This document shows, piece after piece, positions 40,294 through 49,887 of a stretch of 64,000 bases of DNA. How positions within the stretch are numbered: the stretch's first letter is position 1; every line of letters begins with the position of its first letter. A program made the translations under genes and the position numbers. The notes beneath the pieces were generated by a model. It saw nothing but the letters and a program-made list of their open reading frames with translations, had not been told where the DNA came from and made no database searches. Source of the stretch: Hyalangium minutum (GTDB lineage Bacteria > Myxococcota > Myxococcia > Myxococcales > Myxococcaceae); the NCBI RefSeq assembly GCF_000737315.1, contig NZ_JMCB01000006.1, positions 310,001-374,000 of the forward strand, read 5' to 3'.

Positions 40294-41427
40294 ATGCACC
40301 GGTGGAAGCAGCGCGTGTGGAGCTGGGCGGGAATCACCGCCCTGGTGAGCGGGTGTGCCGCGCACGTCCCGCCCCCTCGCGAATTGATCGACGCCCGTCA
40401 GGCGTACCAGCACGCCTCGACCAGCCCCTCGGTGCAGCAGGAGCACCCGCAGGCGCTGCGGGAGGCCTGGCAAGCGCTCGTGGAGGCCGAGCGAGAGTAC
40501 GACCGGAAGAACACCTCGCCGGCGGCGCGCTCCCTGGCGTACGTGGCGCTGCGCAAGGCCCAGCTCGCGGAGGCGCAGGCGAGCATCTCGGTGGCCGAGC
40601 GTCAGCGGGCGCTGGCCGCCCAGAGCCTGGCCCAAGTGCAGGAGGCCGAGCGGCGCCGCGCGGAGGCAGAGCTGCGCTCGGCGCAGCAGCAGCTCCAGGA
40701 GGCCCAGCGCCTGAGGGATGAGGCCGCTCGGCTGGCCGATGCCCGGCGGCTCGAGGCGGAGGCCGTGCAGTTGCAGGCAGAGGCTCGGCGGCAGCAGGAG
40801 CGCGCGGAGCGCTTGAACCTGGAGGAGCAGCAGCGGCAGCAGCTGGCCCAGACGCAGGCTCAGGTGGAGACGGAGCGCCGCGCGCGTGAGGAGGCGGAGC
40901 GCCGGGCCACCGAGCAGCTCGAGGCGGAGCGCCGGGCCCGCGCGGAAGCCGAGCGCCACGCCACCGAGGCCCTCGCCCGCCTGGAGCGCGAGGGAGAAGT
41001 CGGAGTCCGCGAGGATGCACGAGGCACGGTGCTGACGCTCTCGGGGAGCGTGCTCTTCGCCTCGGGCGAGTCGGAGCTGCTGCCCTCCGCGCGCAGCCGG
41101 CTCAGCGAGGTGGCAGACGCGCTGAAGCAGTCGGACAACGCCATCACCATCGAGGGCCACACGGACTCGCTGGGTCCGGAAGCGTATAACGAGGAGCTCT
41201 CGCTGCGGCGCGCGGAGCAGGTGCGCGGGTTCCTGCTGTCCCGAGGCGTTCCTCCCGAGCGTGTCTCCGTGCGTGGGCTGGGCGAGTACCGCCCCGTGGC
41301 CAGCAACTCCACGCCGGAGGGCCGCGCGAACAACCGCCGTGTGGAGATCGTCCTCCAGCGCCTGCCCTCGCAGGACAGCGGGCGCACGGGTGTGGGTGGC
41401 AGCGGCACCCAGGACGAGCCCCACTGA
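40294..41427 (+). CDS. OmpA-family lipoprotein with DUF4398 and coiled coil
   Basis: IEGHTDS, LSLRRA, NRRVEI. Confidence 0.9.
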   Translation: MHRWKQRVWSWAGITALVSGCAAHVPPPRELIDARQAYQHASTSPSVQQEHPQALREAWQALVEAEREYDRKNTSPAARSLAYVALRKAQLAEAQASISVAERQRALAAQSLAQVQEAERRRAEAELRSAQQQLQEAQRLRDEAARLADARRLEAEAVQLQAEARRQQERAERLNLEEQQRQQLAQTQAQVETERRAREEAERRATEQLEAERRARAEAERHATEALARLEREGEVGVREDARGTVLTLSGSVLFASGESELLPSARSRLSEVADALKQSDNAITIEGHTDSLGPEAYNEELSLRRAEQVRGFLLSRGVPPERVSVRGLGEYRPVASNSTPEGRANNRRVEIVLQRLPSQDSGRTGVGGSGTQDEPH

Positions 41428-41485
41428 GCACCGCAACGGAAAGTCGGCTCCCAGGAGCGGGCGCGGTACGATGCGCCCGTCCGCC

Positions 41486-42082
41486 ATGTCGTCCGACCCC
41501 TCCCCCGTCCTCCTGACCACAGAACGGCTGCACCTGGCGATGCTGGCGCCTGATGCCGCGGGGCGCGTGCTGGCGTACCACCAGGTGAACGAGGAACACC
41601 TCGGCCTGGTGTCACCAGCGCGGCCGCCCACGTTCTTCACGCTCATGTACTGGCGGACGCGGCTGGCGCAGGACCGCGAGGACTTCCAGCATGACGTGGG
41701 GCTGCGGCTGTTCCTGCTGCCCAAGGACCAACCGCTCACCGCCGCGCCGGTGATTGGCACGGTGAGCTTCACCAACATCCGCCGGGGCCCCCTGCAGGCA
41801 TGCGAGCTGGGGTACGGGATGGACTTCCGCTACCAAGGCAAGGGGCTGATGACGGAGGCGCTCCGGGTGGCGTGCGGCTACGCCTTCAGCGCCATGGGGC
41901 TGCACCGCATCCAGGCCAACCACCTGCCGGAGAACCTGCGCAGCGCCGCGGTGCTGCGAAAGCTGGGCTTCACGGTAGAGGGCTACGCGCGGGACTACCT
42001 GCTGCTCAACGGCCACTGGCGCGACCACATCCTCACGGCGCTCGTGGCTCCCCGGGAGCCTCCAGACCCCGTGGGCCTCTGA
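41486..42082 (+). CDS. RimJ/RimL-like GNAT N-acetyltransferase (start 41471 or 41486)
   Basis: ELGYG, YQGKGLMTEAL, NLRSAAVLRKLGF..EG, WRDH. Confidence 0.88.
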   Translation: MSSDPSPVLLTTERLHLAMLAPDAAGRVLAYHQVNEEHLGLVSPARPPTFFTLMYWRTRLAQDREDFQHDVGLRLFLLPKDQPLTAAPVIGTVSFTNIRRGPLQACELGYGMDFRYQGKGLMTEALRVACGYAFSAMGLHRIQANHLPENLRSAAVLRKLGFTVEGYARDYLLLNGHWRDHILTALVAPREPPDPVGL

Positions 42083-42297
42083 GTCGGAAGCTCACGCCCG
42101 CTCGCCGTCCTGGCCTACCTGACAGGGCGTCACCCGGCTCCCAACCTAAGCGGGGGCGGGGGAAGAATTGTCACCATTCGGATACACTTCGGGGTGAGCA
42201 TCTCCTCCCTCTCGAAAAAAGCCCCGGTTTCCCCCACCGGACAGTAGATCTGAAAAGTTCCGGCCCGGATAAGCTTGGGCATACTTCCGCGCATCCC

Positions 42298-44841
42298 ATG
42301 TCCCCCCCGCGAGAATCTTCCGCTGGAGCGTCGGCCGCCAGGGCCTCCCTGGAGGAACAGCTGGAGTCCACGCAGCGGCTGCTGCATGCGCTCGCGCAGG
42401 TCCACGCGGACTACATCACCCACGGAGATCATCGCGCCCTGTTCGAGCGCCTGCTGTCGCTCATGGTGGAGCTGTCGCGGAGCGGGCGCGGCTTCATCGC
42501 GGAGCTGCGGAGCTCGCTCGAGGAGACCGCCTCGCTGCAGCTCCTCGCTGCCCAGGGCTGGAAGACGCTGCCTCTGAAAGACCTCGAGGCGCACGTGGCG
42601 CACGTGCTCCGCTCAGGTGCGGCCCAGCGGATTCCTGATCCGGGCTCCACCGTGGAGTCCCCCCCGGAGCTCCTGGCGCTGCCCTTCATGCTCCAGGACA
42701 AGGTGGTGGGGGTGGTGGGCTTGGGCCCGCGGATGGACGGCGATGACACGTGCCTGGTGGACTTCCTGCAGCCCGTGCTCACCACCTGCGGAACCCTGCT
42801 CCACGCACAGCGGGAGACCGAGCGGCGCCACCTGAACGAGCAGGCCCTGCTGGCCCAACAGGCGCAGCTGCGGAAGCTGGCCCTGGTGGCCGCCCGCACG
42901 GACAACGCGGTGATCATCACCGACGCCCGGGGCGACATCGAGTGGGTGAACGAGGGCTTCACCCGCATCACCGGCTACACGCTGCAGGAGGTCCTGGGCC
43001 AGAAGCCCGGCACGCTGCTGCAGGGGCCCGGCACGAATCCGAAGGACATCGAGGCCATGCGCCGGTCCCTCAGCCGAGCCGAGGGCATCACCGTCGAGCT
43101 GCTCAACTACGGCAAGTCGGGCAAGCCCTACTGGAACCTCATCGAGATCCAGCCGGTGCACGACGAGCAGGGCACGCTCGTGCAGTTCGTGGCCATCGAG
43201 AGTGACGTCACCGCCCGGCGCCAGCTCGAGCAGCAGGCCGCCGAGAGCACGGAGCTGCTCCGGCTCGCGATGGAGAGCACTGCGGACGGGATCTGGGACT
43301 GGGATCTCCCCAGCGGCATCCTCAAGACCAACGCCCGCTGGATGACCATGCTGGGCTATGAGCCCGCCCCACAGACCACCCTCGAGTTCTGGAGCACCCA
43401 GCTCTGCCACCCCGAGGACCTGCCCGAGGTCAACCAGCGCCTGAATGCGCACATCGAGGGGCGCACCCCGATGTTCGAGTACGAGCACCGCCTGCGGCAC
43501 AAGGACGGCCACTATCTGTGGATCCTCGGCCGCGCCAAGGTGATAGCTCGGGATGCCCAGGGAAAGGCGCTGCGCATCGTCGGCACCAACGTGGACGTCA
43601 CCTCGCGCAAGCGCGCGGAGGAGCAGCTGCAGGCCTTCATCCAGGCCATCCCGGACATGCTCTTCAGGGTGCGCAGGGACGGGGTCTGCCTGGCCTTCAA
43701 GGAGTCGCTCATCGAGCCCCCTTGGAGGCGGCCCGAAGAGTTCATCGGCAAGAACCTGTTTCGGATGCTGCCGAAGCCGGTGGTGGCGTCGCTCCAGGCC
43801 GCGCTCGAGCGCGTCTGCCAGGACAGCTCCCTGGAGATCTTCGAGTACTCCCTGGAGCAGGCCTTCGGCATCCAACAGTTCGAGGCCCGCGTGGTGCCCA
43901 TTGGCCCGGATGAGGGCATGTGCATCGTGCGGAACATCACCGTGCGAAAGGCGCTGGAGGATCAGCGCCGCCGCCAGCGCGAGGAGCTGGAGGAGCGGGT
44001 GCGTCAGGCCACACGCGAGCTGGAGTCTCGCCAGGCCCAGCTCATCCAGTCCGAGAAGCTGGCCTCGCTCGGGCAGATGGCCGCCAGCATCGCCCACGAG
44101 ATCAACAACCCCGTGGGCTTCGTCTCCAGCAACATCTCCACCCTGGGCGTCTACACCTCCGTGCTCCGCCGGCTCATCGAGCTCTACCAGCAGGTGGAGG
44201 AGCACCTGGGCTCAGACATCCCCGACGCCGCGGCCTCGCCGCTGGAGGAGATCCGCGCCCTGCGCCGGCAGGAGCGCCTGGAGGAAATCCTCCAGGACAC
44301 GGACGAGCTGCTGTCCGAGTCTCGGGAGGGCATGATCCGCATCCGCGAGTTCATCCAGGACCTCAAGACGTTCGTGCGCGAAGAGGCGGGCACTGCGCAG
44401 CAGGCGGACCTCAACAAGCTGCTCCAGGTGACGCTGCGGATGCTGCGCCATGAGCTGAAGTACAAGACCCAGGTGCGCCTGGACTTCGGGCCGCTGCCGC
44501 TCGTGCGCTGCTACCCCACCCAGCTCAACCAGGTCTTCGTGAACCTGCTGGTCAACGCCGTGCAGGCCATCGAGCAGCGGGGGGAGATCCACATCACCAC
44601 CCGGCGCGAGGGCAACGACGTGGTGATACGCATCAAGGACAGCGGGCGCGGCATGTCGCCGGAGACCAAGGCCCGGCTCTTCACGCCCTTCTTCACGACC
44701 AAGCCAGCCGGCGAAGGCACCGGCCTGGGCCTGTCCATCTGCTACGCCATCATCAACCGCCACAAGGGCCGCATCGAGGTGGACAGCGAGCTCGGGAGGG
44801 GCACCACCTTCTCGGTGCACGTGCCCCTCGTCGAGGCCTGA
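42298..44841 (+). CDS. GAF/multi-PAS NtrB-type sensor histidine kinase
   Basis: PAS/PAC repeats, AHEINNP, PFFTTKP.GEGTGLGL. Confidence 0.92.
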   Translation: MSPPRESSAGASAARASLEEQLESTQRLLHALAQVHADYITHGDHRALFERLLSLMVELSRSGRGFIAELRSSLEETASLQLLAAQGWKTLPLKDLEAHVAHVLRSGAAQRIPDPGSTVESPPELLALPFMLQDKVVGVVGLGPRMDGDDTCLVDFLQPVLTTCGTLLHAQRETERRHLNEQALLAQQAQLRKLALVAARTDNAVIITDARGDIEWVNEGFTRITGYTLQEVLGQKPGTLLQGPGTNPKDIEAMRRSLSRAEGITVELLNYGKSGKPYWNLIEIQPVHDEQGTLVQFVAIESDVTARRQLEQQAAESTELLRLAMESTADGIWDWDLPSGILKTNARWMTMLGYEPAPQTTLEFWSTQLCHPEDLPEVNQRLNAHIEGRTPMFEYEHRLRHKDGHYLWILGRAKVIARDAQGKALRIVGTNVDVTSRKRAEEQLQAFIQAIPDMLFRVRRDGVCLAFKESLIEPPWRRPEEFIGKNLFRMLPKPVVASLQAALERVCQDSSLEIFEYSLEQAFGIQQFEARVVPIGPDEGMCIVRNITVRKALEDQRRRQREELEERVRQATRELESRQAQLIQSEKLASLGQMAASIAHEINNPVGFVSSNISTLGVYTSVLRRLIELYQQVEEHLGSDIPDAAASPLEEIRALRRQERLEEILQDTDELLSESREGMIRIREFIQDLKTFVREEAGTAQQADLNKLLQVTLRMLRHELKYKTQVRLDFGPLPLVRCYPTQLNQVFVNLLVNAVQAIEQRGEIHITTRREGNDVVIRIKDSGRGMSPETKARLFTPFFTTKPAGEGTGLGLSICYAIINRHKGRIEVDSELGRGTTFSVHVPLVEA

Positions 44842-44853
44842 GGCGCCAGGGCC

Positions 44854-45348
44854 CTACTTGCGGCCCGCGAGCAGGTCCTCTCGCAGGCGCGTGAGCACCT
44901 TGCCCAAGAGGTTCTGCCCCCGCCACTGCGCGGGGTTCTGGATCCGTGGATCCTCTTCCGAGAGCCCCACGCCCCAGATGCGATCCGTGGGGCTGGCCTC
45001 CACCAACTCCGTGCCCGCCGTGGCCAGCAGCTTCTCGAGCAGCTCCGCGTTCTGCGTGAACTTGGCCTGGTTGCCCTCGTACACGATGCGCTCGCGCTCC
45101 TGGTTCCAGCGCTTCTCGTCGAAGCCACGCACCTTGCGGCCCAGGGCCTTCTGCGTCTTGGGAGACGAAGACGCCAGGATGCGCTCCGCCACCTCCAGGT
45201 CTCCGAACAGCTCCGCCTTGCCGTACATCATGTACTGCTCAGCGCAGGCGAAGCGCTTGCCGTTCACCTCGAACTCAGCCGGGTGCCACTGAGAGAACGG
45301 GGACTTCGATTGCCAGAAGAACGTGAACCTGCGCTGCTCGACCGTCAT
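44854..45348 (-). CDS. NADAR (YbiA-like) family protein
   Basis: PFSQW, CAEQYMMYGKA, KALGRKV, AKFTQN, VEASPTDRIWGVG, GQNLLG. Confidence 0.92.
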   Translation of the reverse strand: MTVEQRRFTFFWQSKSPFSQWHPAEFEVNGKRFACAEQYMMYGKAELFGDLEVAERILASSSPKTQKALGRKVRGFDEKRWNQERERIVYEGNQAKFTQNAELLEKLLATAGTELVEASPTDRIWGVGLSEEDPRIQNPAQWRGQNLLGKVLTRLREDLLAGRK

Positions 45349-45426
45349 GGCGTCTCCCTGGGTTGGTGTAAAAAGCACACCAACGACGCGGAATGCAAGA
45401 AGCCCTGACAACAGCGGGCTCCCCGT

Positions 45427-48400
45427 TCAACGCGGTGGTTCGAGCGCGAGGACGCTCGGCACCTGCTCGGGCGCCGAGAGCTTCAGCAGGCCGTAGCCGA
45501 TGCCCGCCAGCCCCATGAGCAGTCCGGGGCTCTCGCTGCCTCGGGGCAGGCCGCAGCGCCAGCCACCCTCCCGGCCCTGACGGAGGACGATGGCCGCGCG
45601 TTGAAGTGCGGCCTGGGTCCAGCGCGGCTCTCCCAGCACCGTGCCTGCCAGGTGCAGCACCTCGAGGGCTCCCAGGTCTCCGTGACAGAGGCAGTGGCTG
45701 CCTCCGAAGCCCGAACGGAACGTCGTCTCGAGCGCCGTGGAGAGTTCCTCGCGGACCTCTGGGCTGTCCAAGTGCCGCAGCGAGAGGAGCCTCCCGAACG
45801 CGATGCCCGGCGCGCCGTGGCACCACATCACCATCGACTTTGTATCCGTGACGCCGGGAGCCCGCAGGTCCTTCCAGTTGTGGCGCTCCGGTGCGTAAAG
45901 CGACCGGTCGTAGGCGAGCCCCCGGAGCGCGAGCTCCCTGTAGCGCGCATCGCCCGTGGCCTCGGCCAGATCCAGCAGGGCCCAGGAGATGCCCGTCGCG
46001 CCATGGGAGAAACCTCCCAGCGGCAGGGGCCCCGCCTCGCCCTTCCAGGCAACCATTCCTTCCGAGATCGGCTCCGCAGTGGCCACGAGCCTCTCACCAC
46101 AGTGACGCGCCACCTCCAGCAACCTCGGGTCCTTCGTTCGCCGGTAGATGCCGAGCAGGGACAGCGCGAGCCCCGCCGATCCGCTCAGCAGATCCAGCCG
46201 CGTGTCGGCGTCGATGAGCGCGTCCAGGGGTGGCAGACCGGCGAGGAGCTCGTCCATCAACGCGGGCTCGCTCCAGAGCGCCGCCAGGTGGCCGAGCACG
46301 TACACCGCCGAGCCGTAGCCCACGAAGACGCCCACGCCCGAGGCACTCTCCCGCCCCGGCTTGCGCCAGTCCTCCCGCACTGGCTCCAGGGCCGCGCGTG
46401 CTAGCTCCTTGAAGTCAGCTCGCCCCGTCTGCTTCGCGAGGTACGCGAAGAACAGCGCCATGCCGCTCAGCCCCTCGTAGAGGTCCGTGCCACTGGGCGA
46501 GAGGCTCCAGCGCCACTGCTGGAGATCCTCCAGGTTCAGGCCGATCCAGCAGGCATCCCGTGTCCCTCGGATGGCCTGCGCCGCGAGTTCCTCTCCGATG
46601 GAGACCGCAGCGGCCAGACACTCCTCGGGCGTCGCGGGAGGCAGGGCATTCTCTGCCTCCGAGGCTGTGGTGCCTCTCACCGGACCGCGGCTCTTGTCCA
46701 GCGAGACCATCGCCTTGCGGATGAAGGACACCTGCAGCGCGCGGTCCCGCGCGCCCATCTGATCGAGCCGGCGCAGCACCTCGCCCAGGCTGTCCTGCGT
46801 GAAGTAGTTCGGGATGCACTCGCCGGTGCTGCTCCACAGGTGGCGCTCTCCCGGGCGGGCGAAGAAGAAGGGGATGTCTCCCAAGCGGAGGTCCGCGTGC
46901 TCGTAGGGAGTGAGCCGTCGCAGCACGGGCACGTGGGCCGCCTCCGCCCACAGGTGATCGAGCACCCGGTCGCGCTCCAGGCCATCACGCAGGAAGTCCG
47001 GGTGGTGGCTCTCCTGAAGCAGCATGGCGTAGCGCTGCGTGGGCCGAGCGATGTAACGGACCTCCACCTGCGAGAAGGCACGCAGGCGCGGCGCCAGCGC
47101 GTCACGCTGGCTCGACAGCAAGGCGTAGGTCTCCTCGAAGCCCTGGACGAGCTCCTCGGTGAACTCGCTGGGGTCCACCGGCGCCTCGCCCAGTTTGGGA
47201 CGGTTGTTCGAGCCCTCCACCAGTCCCTGGCGGCGGACCACCCGCATCGTGTCGCTCCCCAGGTTCTCCACCGTGGGCATGGCCTGCGGCGTGAGCTGCC
47301 CGGCCTCTCCCCCGAGACCACTGATGTCGAGCCCCGCCTTCCCGTCCCGGCCGAAGAGGAAGATGGGCAGCATGCCCACAGCGACGATGGACTGATCCAG
47401 CAGCTTCCAGGCTCGCGTCCGGGCCCTCTCCGGCATGTCGGCCGGCGGCCGGTGGTGGAAGAGCGCCTCGAGATCCACCAGCACCGGCGTCTCGCCCGAG
47501 GCGATCAGGTTCTCGAAGTGGAAGTCCACGGCGGACATCAGGTGCAGCAGGGCCAGGAGACTCCCCTGCCTCCAGTAGAAGCGCTGGAGCGCCTCGCGCG
47601 AGCCGCAGCCGGTGGCCTGCACGAACTCGACCCAGCCATGGCTCCGCCGGTCCTCGACGGTGAGCACGCGGTGAGGGTGGCGCAGCCCCTGCTCGTTGAG
47701 CCCCTGGAGGAGCTGCTGGAAGTGCACGTCCACCTCCAGGGACTTCGGCTTGTAGACGAGCTTCAGCCCTGAGTTGAACCCCAGCAGGAAGACCCCCCGG
47801 CCTCGCCGGTGCAGGTCCGAGATACCGCCCTGCAGCACCACGAGCGTGCCGAGCCCCTGGCCCGGCAAGAACCGCTGCTCCAGCAGCACACGGTCCTCGG
47901 CGAGGTGCCCGAGCATCTCCAGGCTGCTCTCCAGCCAGCGCTCCAGGGCGGTGACCATCAGCCGGGCGAGCACCGGGTACTCTTCCAGCAGCGCGGCACG
48001 TGTCGCGGGGTCTCGGAGCAGGACCGTGGAGAAGTGGTGGAACCGTTCCTGCGGCGTGCTCCCGGGCAGCCGCTCCATGACGCGGGCCACATTGAGCTCC
48101 AGGATGAGGACGCGCGAGGCGAGTTCATGCAGCCGGATGGCCAGCGCCTCCAGCAGCGTGGCCTCGACACGAGGGCTGATGAGTGGCTCTTGTGACGGGT
48201 GACGCACGCCCAGCGCCGTGAGGCCCTCGTGGAGCCGGGCCGCACCGAGCTGAAGGAACGGATGGAGCAGGCCGGAGAACGACAGTCCGGGCTTGTCTGG
48301 GTCAGCGGGCGCGGAGAGTGATGAAGGGAGCGGCATGGCCTTGTGCCGCTCCTCAAGGAGCTCCTCGAGGAGCTTCTCCCAGGACGGGCCGATGGGAGTG

Positions 48401-48645
48401 CCCGCCTCGCTCTCCGCGCGCGCCAGGACCTGAAGAAAGCCCTCCCGATCCAACCCCACGCTCCTCAGGCGCTCCTCGAGCGTCCGGTCATCGGCGGACA
48501 TGACCTGGCGCCAGGCGCTCGCGCGGCGCTCGGCCTGATGCAGGGAGGCCTCACCCCCTGAGAGCGAGGCGTCTTGCTTCGACCGCGCCCGCTCGTGGAG
48601 AAACGCCGCCTTCTTCCAGGGGGAAACAGGTGAGAGCGCGTGCAT
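45427..48645 (-). CDS. lanM: Class II lanthipeptide synthetase
   Basis: YKPKSL, DFHFENLI, DLEALFH dehydratase motifs; WCHGAPG and CLCHGD cyclase Zn ligands. Confidence 0.95.
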   Translation of the reverse strand: MHALSPVSPWKKAAFLHERARSKQDASLSGGEASLHQAERRASAWRQVMSADDRTLEERLRSVGLDREGFLQVLARAESEAGTPIGPSWEKLLEELLEERHKAMPLPSSLSAPADPDKPGLSFSGLLHPFLQLGAARLHEGLTALGVRHPSQEPLISPRVEATLLEALAIRLHELASRVLILELNVARVMERLPGSTPQERFHHFSTVLLRDPATRAALLEEYPVLARLMVTALERWLESSLEMLGHLAEDRVLLEQRFLPGQGLGTLVVLQGGISDLHRRGRGVFLLGFNSGLKLVYKPKSLEVDVHFQQLLQGLNEQGLRHPHRVLTVEDRRSHGWVEFVQATGCGSREALQRFYWRQGSLLALLHLMSAVDFHFENLIASGETPVLVDLEALFHHRPPADMPERARTRAWKLLDQSIVAVGMLPIFLFGRDGKAGLDISGLGGEAGQLTPQAMPTVENLGSDTMRVVRRQGLVEGSNNRPKLGEAPVDPSEFTEELVQGFEETYALLSSQRDALAPRLRAFSQVEVRYIARPTQRYAMLLQESHHPDFLRDGLERDRVLDHLWAEAAHVPVLRRLTPYEHADLRLGDIPFFFARPGERHLWSSTGECIPNYFTQDSLGEVLRRLDQMGARDRALQVSFIRKAMVSLDKSRGPVRGTTASEAENALPPATPEECLAAAVSIGEELAAQAIRGTRDACWIGLNLEDLQQWRWSLSPSGTDLYEGLSGMALFFAYLAKQTGRADFKELARAALEPVREDWRKPGRESASGVGVFVGYGSAVYVLGHLAALWSEPALMDELLAGLPPLDALIDADTRLDLLSGSAGLALSLLGIYRRTKDPRLLEVARHCGERLVATAEPISEGMVAWKGEAGPLPLGGFSHGATGISWALLDLAEATGDARYRELALRGLAYDRSLYAPERHNWKDLRAPGVTDTKSMVMWCHGAPGIAFGRLLSLRHLDSPEVREELSTALETTFRSGFGGSHCLCHGDLGALEVLHLAGTVLGEPRWTQAALQRAAIVLRQGREGGWRCGLPRGSESPGLLMGLAGIGYGLLKLSAPEQVPSVLALEPPR

Positions 48646-48705
48646 GCGTGCCTCGTCGGAGCCGGAGGGAGAGAGAAGCTTCGATCAGCAGGAGGTGGGG
48701 AGCGC

Positions 48706-48954
48706 TCAGAACGCCTCGACGACGGGACAGACGATGATCCCGCAGGTGGCCCGGACAGGTCCGGTGCAGCCCGTGTTGGCGCCGATCGTCTTGCCGGTCC
48801 GGAGCCCACCGGTGATCTCGTGCAGCGCCTCCTCGTCGAGCTCGGTCAGCGGCTTGCCCGAGGGGCTGTCCGGGAGAGCAGCACGTTCCTGAGCGGAGAG
48901 ACGGGCACGGAACTCCGGGTCCTTCCAGGCCCGGACGATCAGATCGGTCTTCAT
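48706..48954 (-). CDS. lanA: Lanthipeptide precursor 1 (mersacidin/lichenicidin-type leader)
   Basis: IVRAWKDPEFR leader, EITGG site; 32-aa core with 5 Thr and 3 Cys. Confidence 0.9.
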   Translation of the reverse strand: MKTDLIVRAWKDPEFRARLSAQERAALPDSPSGKPLTELDEEALHEITGGLRTGKTIGANTGCTGPVRATCGIIVCPVVEAF

Positions 48955-49088
48955 GAGGATCTCCTGGGGGTGCGTCCGCGCCATCGCTGGAACGGACATC
49001 TGGAAGGAGTCCCAGGAGTCTTTTTGTGACGGCTTCCGAGGTGGGCCCCGCTCACGCGCTTCGAGGGCGCCCACCTGCGTGCCGGAAA

Positions 49089-49388
49089 TCAGAAGGTCCT
49101 GGTGAGGGTGACCGGGTTCACGGTGACCAGGTCCAGCTGGTTGAGGGTGAGCTGCCTGGTCGTCGTCCACGTCCTCGTGGTGGTGCCGCCCGTGTACGGC
49201 GAGCAGATGCACCCGTCGAAGTCGTAGTTGAGGACACCGCCGCCGACGGCGTCGTCGAGGTCTCGCTCGTTCAGCTCGGTGAAGGCCGGGCCAGCGGGGC
49301 ACTCGGGCAGCGACGACCGCTCTTCTGTGCTGAGGCTCGCGCGGAACTCGGGGTCCTTCCAGGCCCGGATGATGGTCTCTCGCTTCAT
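49089..49388 (-). CDS. lanA: Lanthipeptide precursor 2 (Thr-rich core)
   Basis: IIRAWKDPEFR, DAVGG; core with 2 Cys, 1 Ser, 13 Thr. Confidence 0.88.
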   Translation of the reverse strand: MKRETIIRAWKDPEFRASLSTEERSSLPECPAGPAFTELNERDLDDAVGGGVLNYDFDGCICSPYTGGTTTRTWTTTRQLTLNQLDLVTVNPVTLTRTF

Positions 49389-49548
49389 GTGCCTGCTCCT
49401 TGCATTGCCCATGAGTGGGCAACCAGAGAGAGTGGGCACCTGGCTGCTTGTGACGGAACTTCCGCACGTCCTCGGCGGAGACGTCACAACCCGGGCGGCG
49501 GCGCTCTACCTGTGTGCCCCATAACGGGGCTTGCAAGGAGAAGCCGCC

Positions 49549-49824
49549 ATGATGAAGGACCTGATCATTCGTGCCTGGAAGGACCCCGAGTTCCGCGCCC
49601 AGCTCTCGGCGGAGGAACGCGCGGCCGTACCCGAGTGCCCGGCGGGCAAGCCACTCACGGACCTCGATGAAGGCAGCCTCTCAGCGGTGGTGGGCGGCTT
49701 CATCGGTCCGGATCAGGATCTCAGCGACTTCAACCCCCGCATCACTCCCTACATCCGCGTCAGCACCCCCGTCCGGTTGGATCAGGTGGCCGCGATCCAG
49801 CACGTCGCGGTGCTGCGCTACTGA
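49549..49824 (+). CDS. lanA: Lanthipeptide-like precursor 3, divergent, Cys-free core
   Basis: AAGGAG RBS; IIRAWKDPEFR, AVVGG; core with 2 Ser, 2 Thr, no Cys. Confidence 0.82.
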   Translation: MMKDLIIRAWKDPEFRAQLSAEERAAVPECPAGKPLTDLDEGSLSAVVGGFIGPDQDLSDFNPRITPYIRVSTPVRLDQVAAIQHVAVLRY

Positions 49825-49887
49825 CGCGCGAGGTTGCCAAGGCCTCAGGCTCTCACTCGTGGGAGCCTGAGGTCCTCGAGCGGTACC

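Noticed and set aside
48706-49536. 276-aa ORF ending in a lanthipeptide sequence
   Set aside because: Chance open frame upstream of lanA1; the real start is ATG 48954 after AGGAG, and it overlaps lanA2 in another frame.
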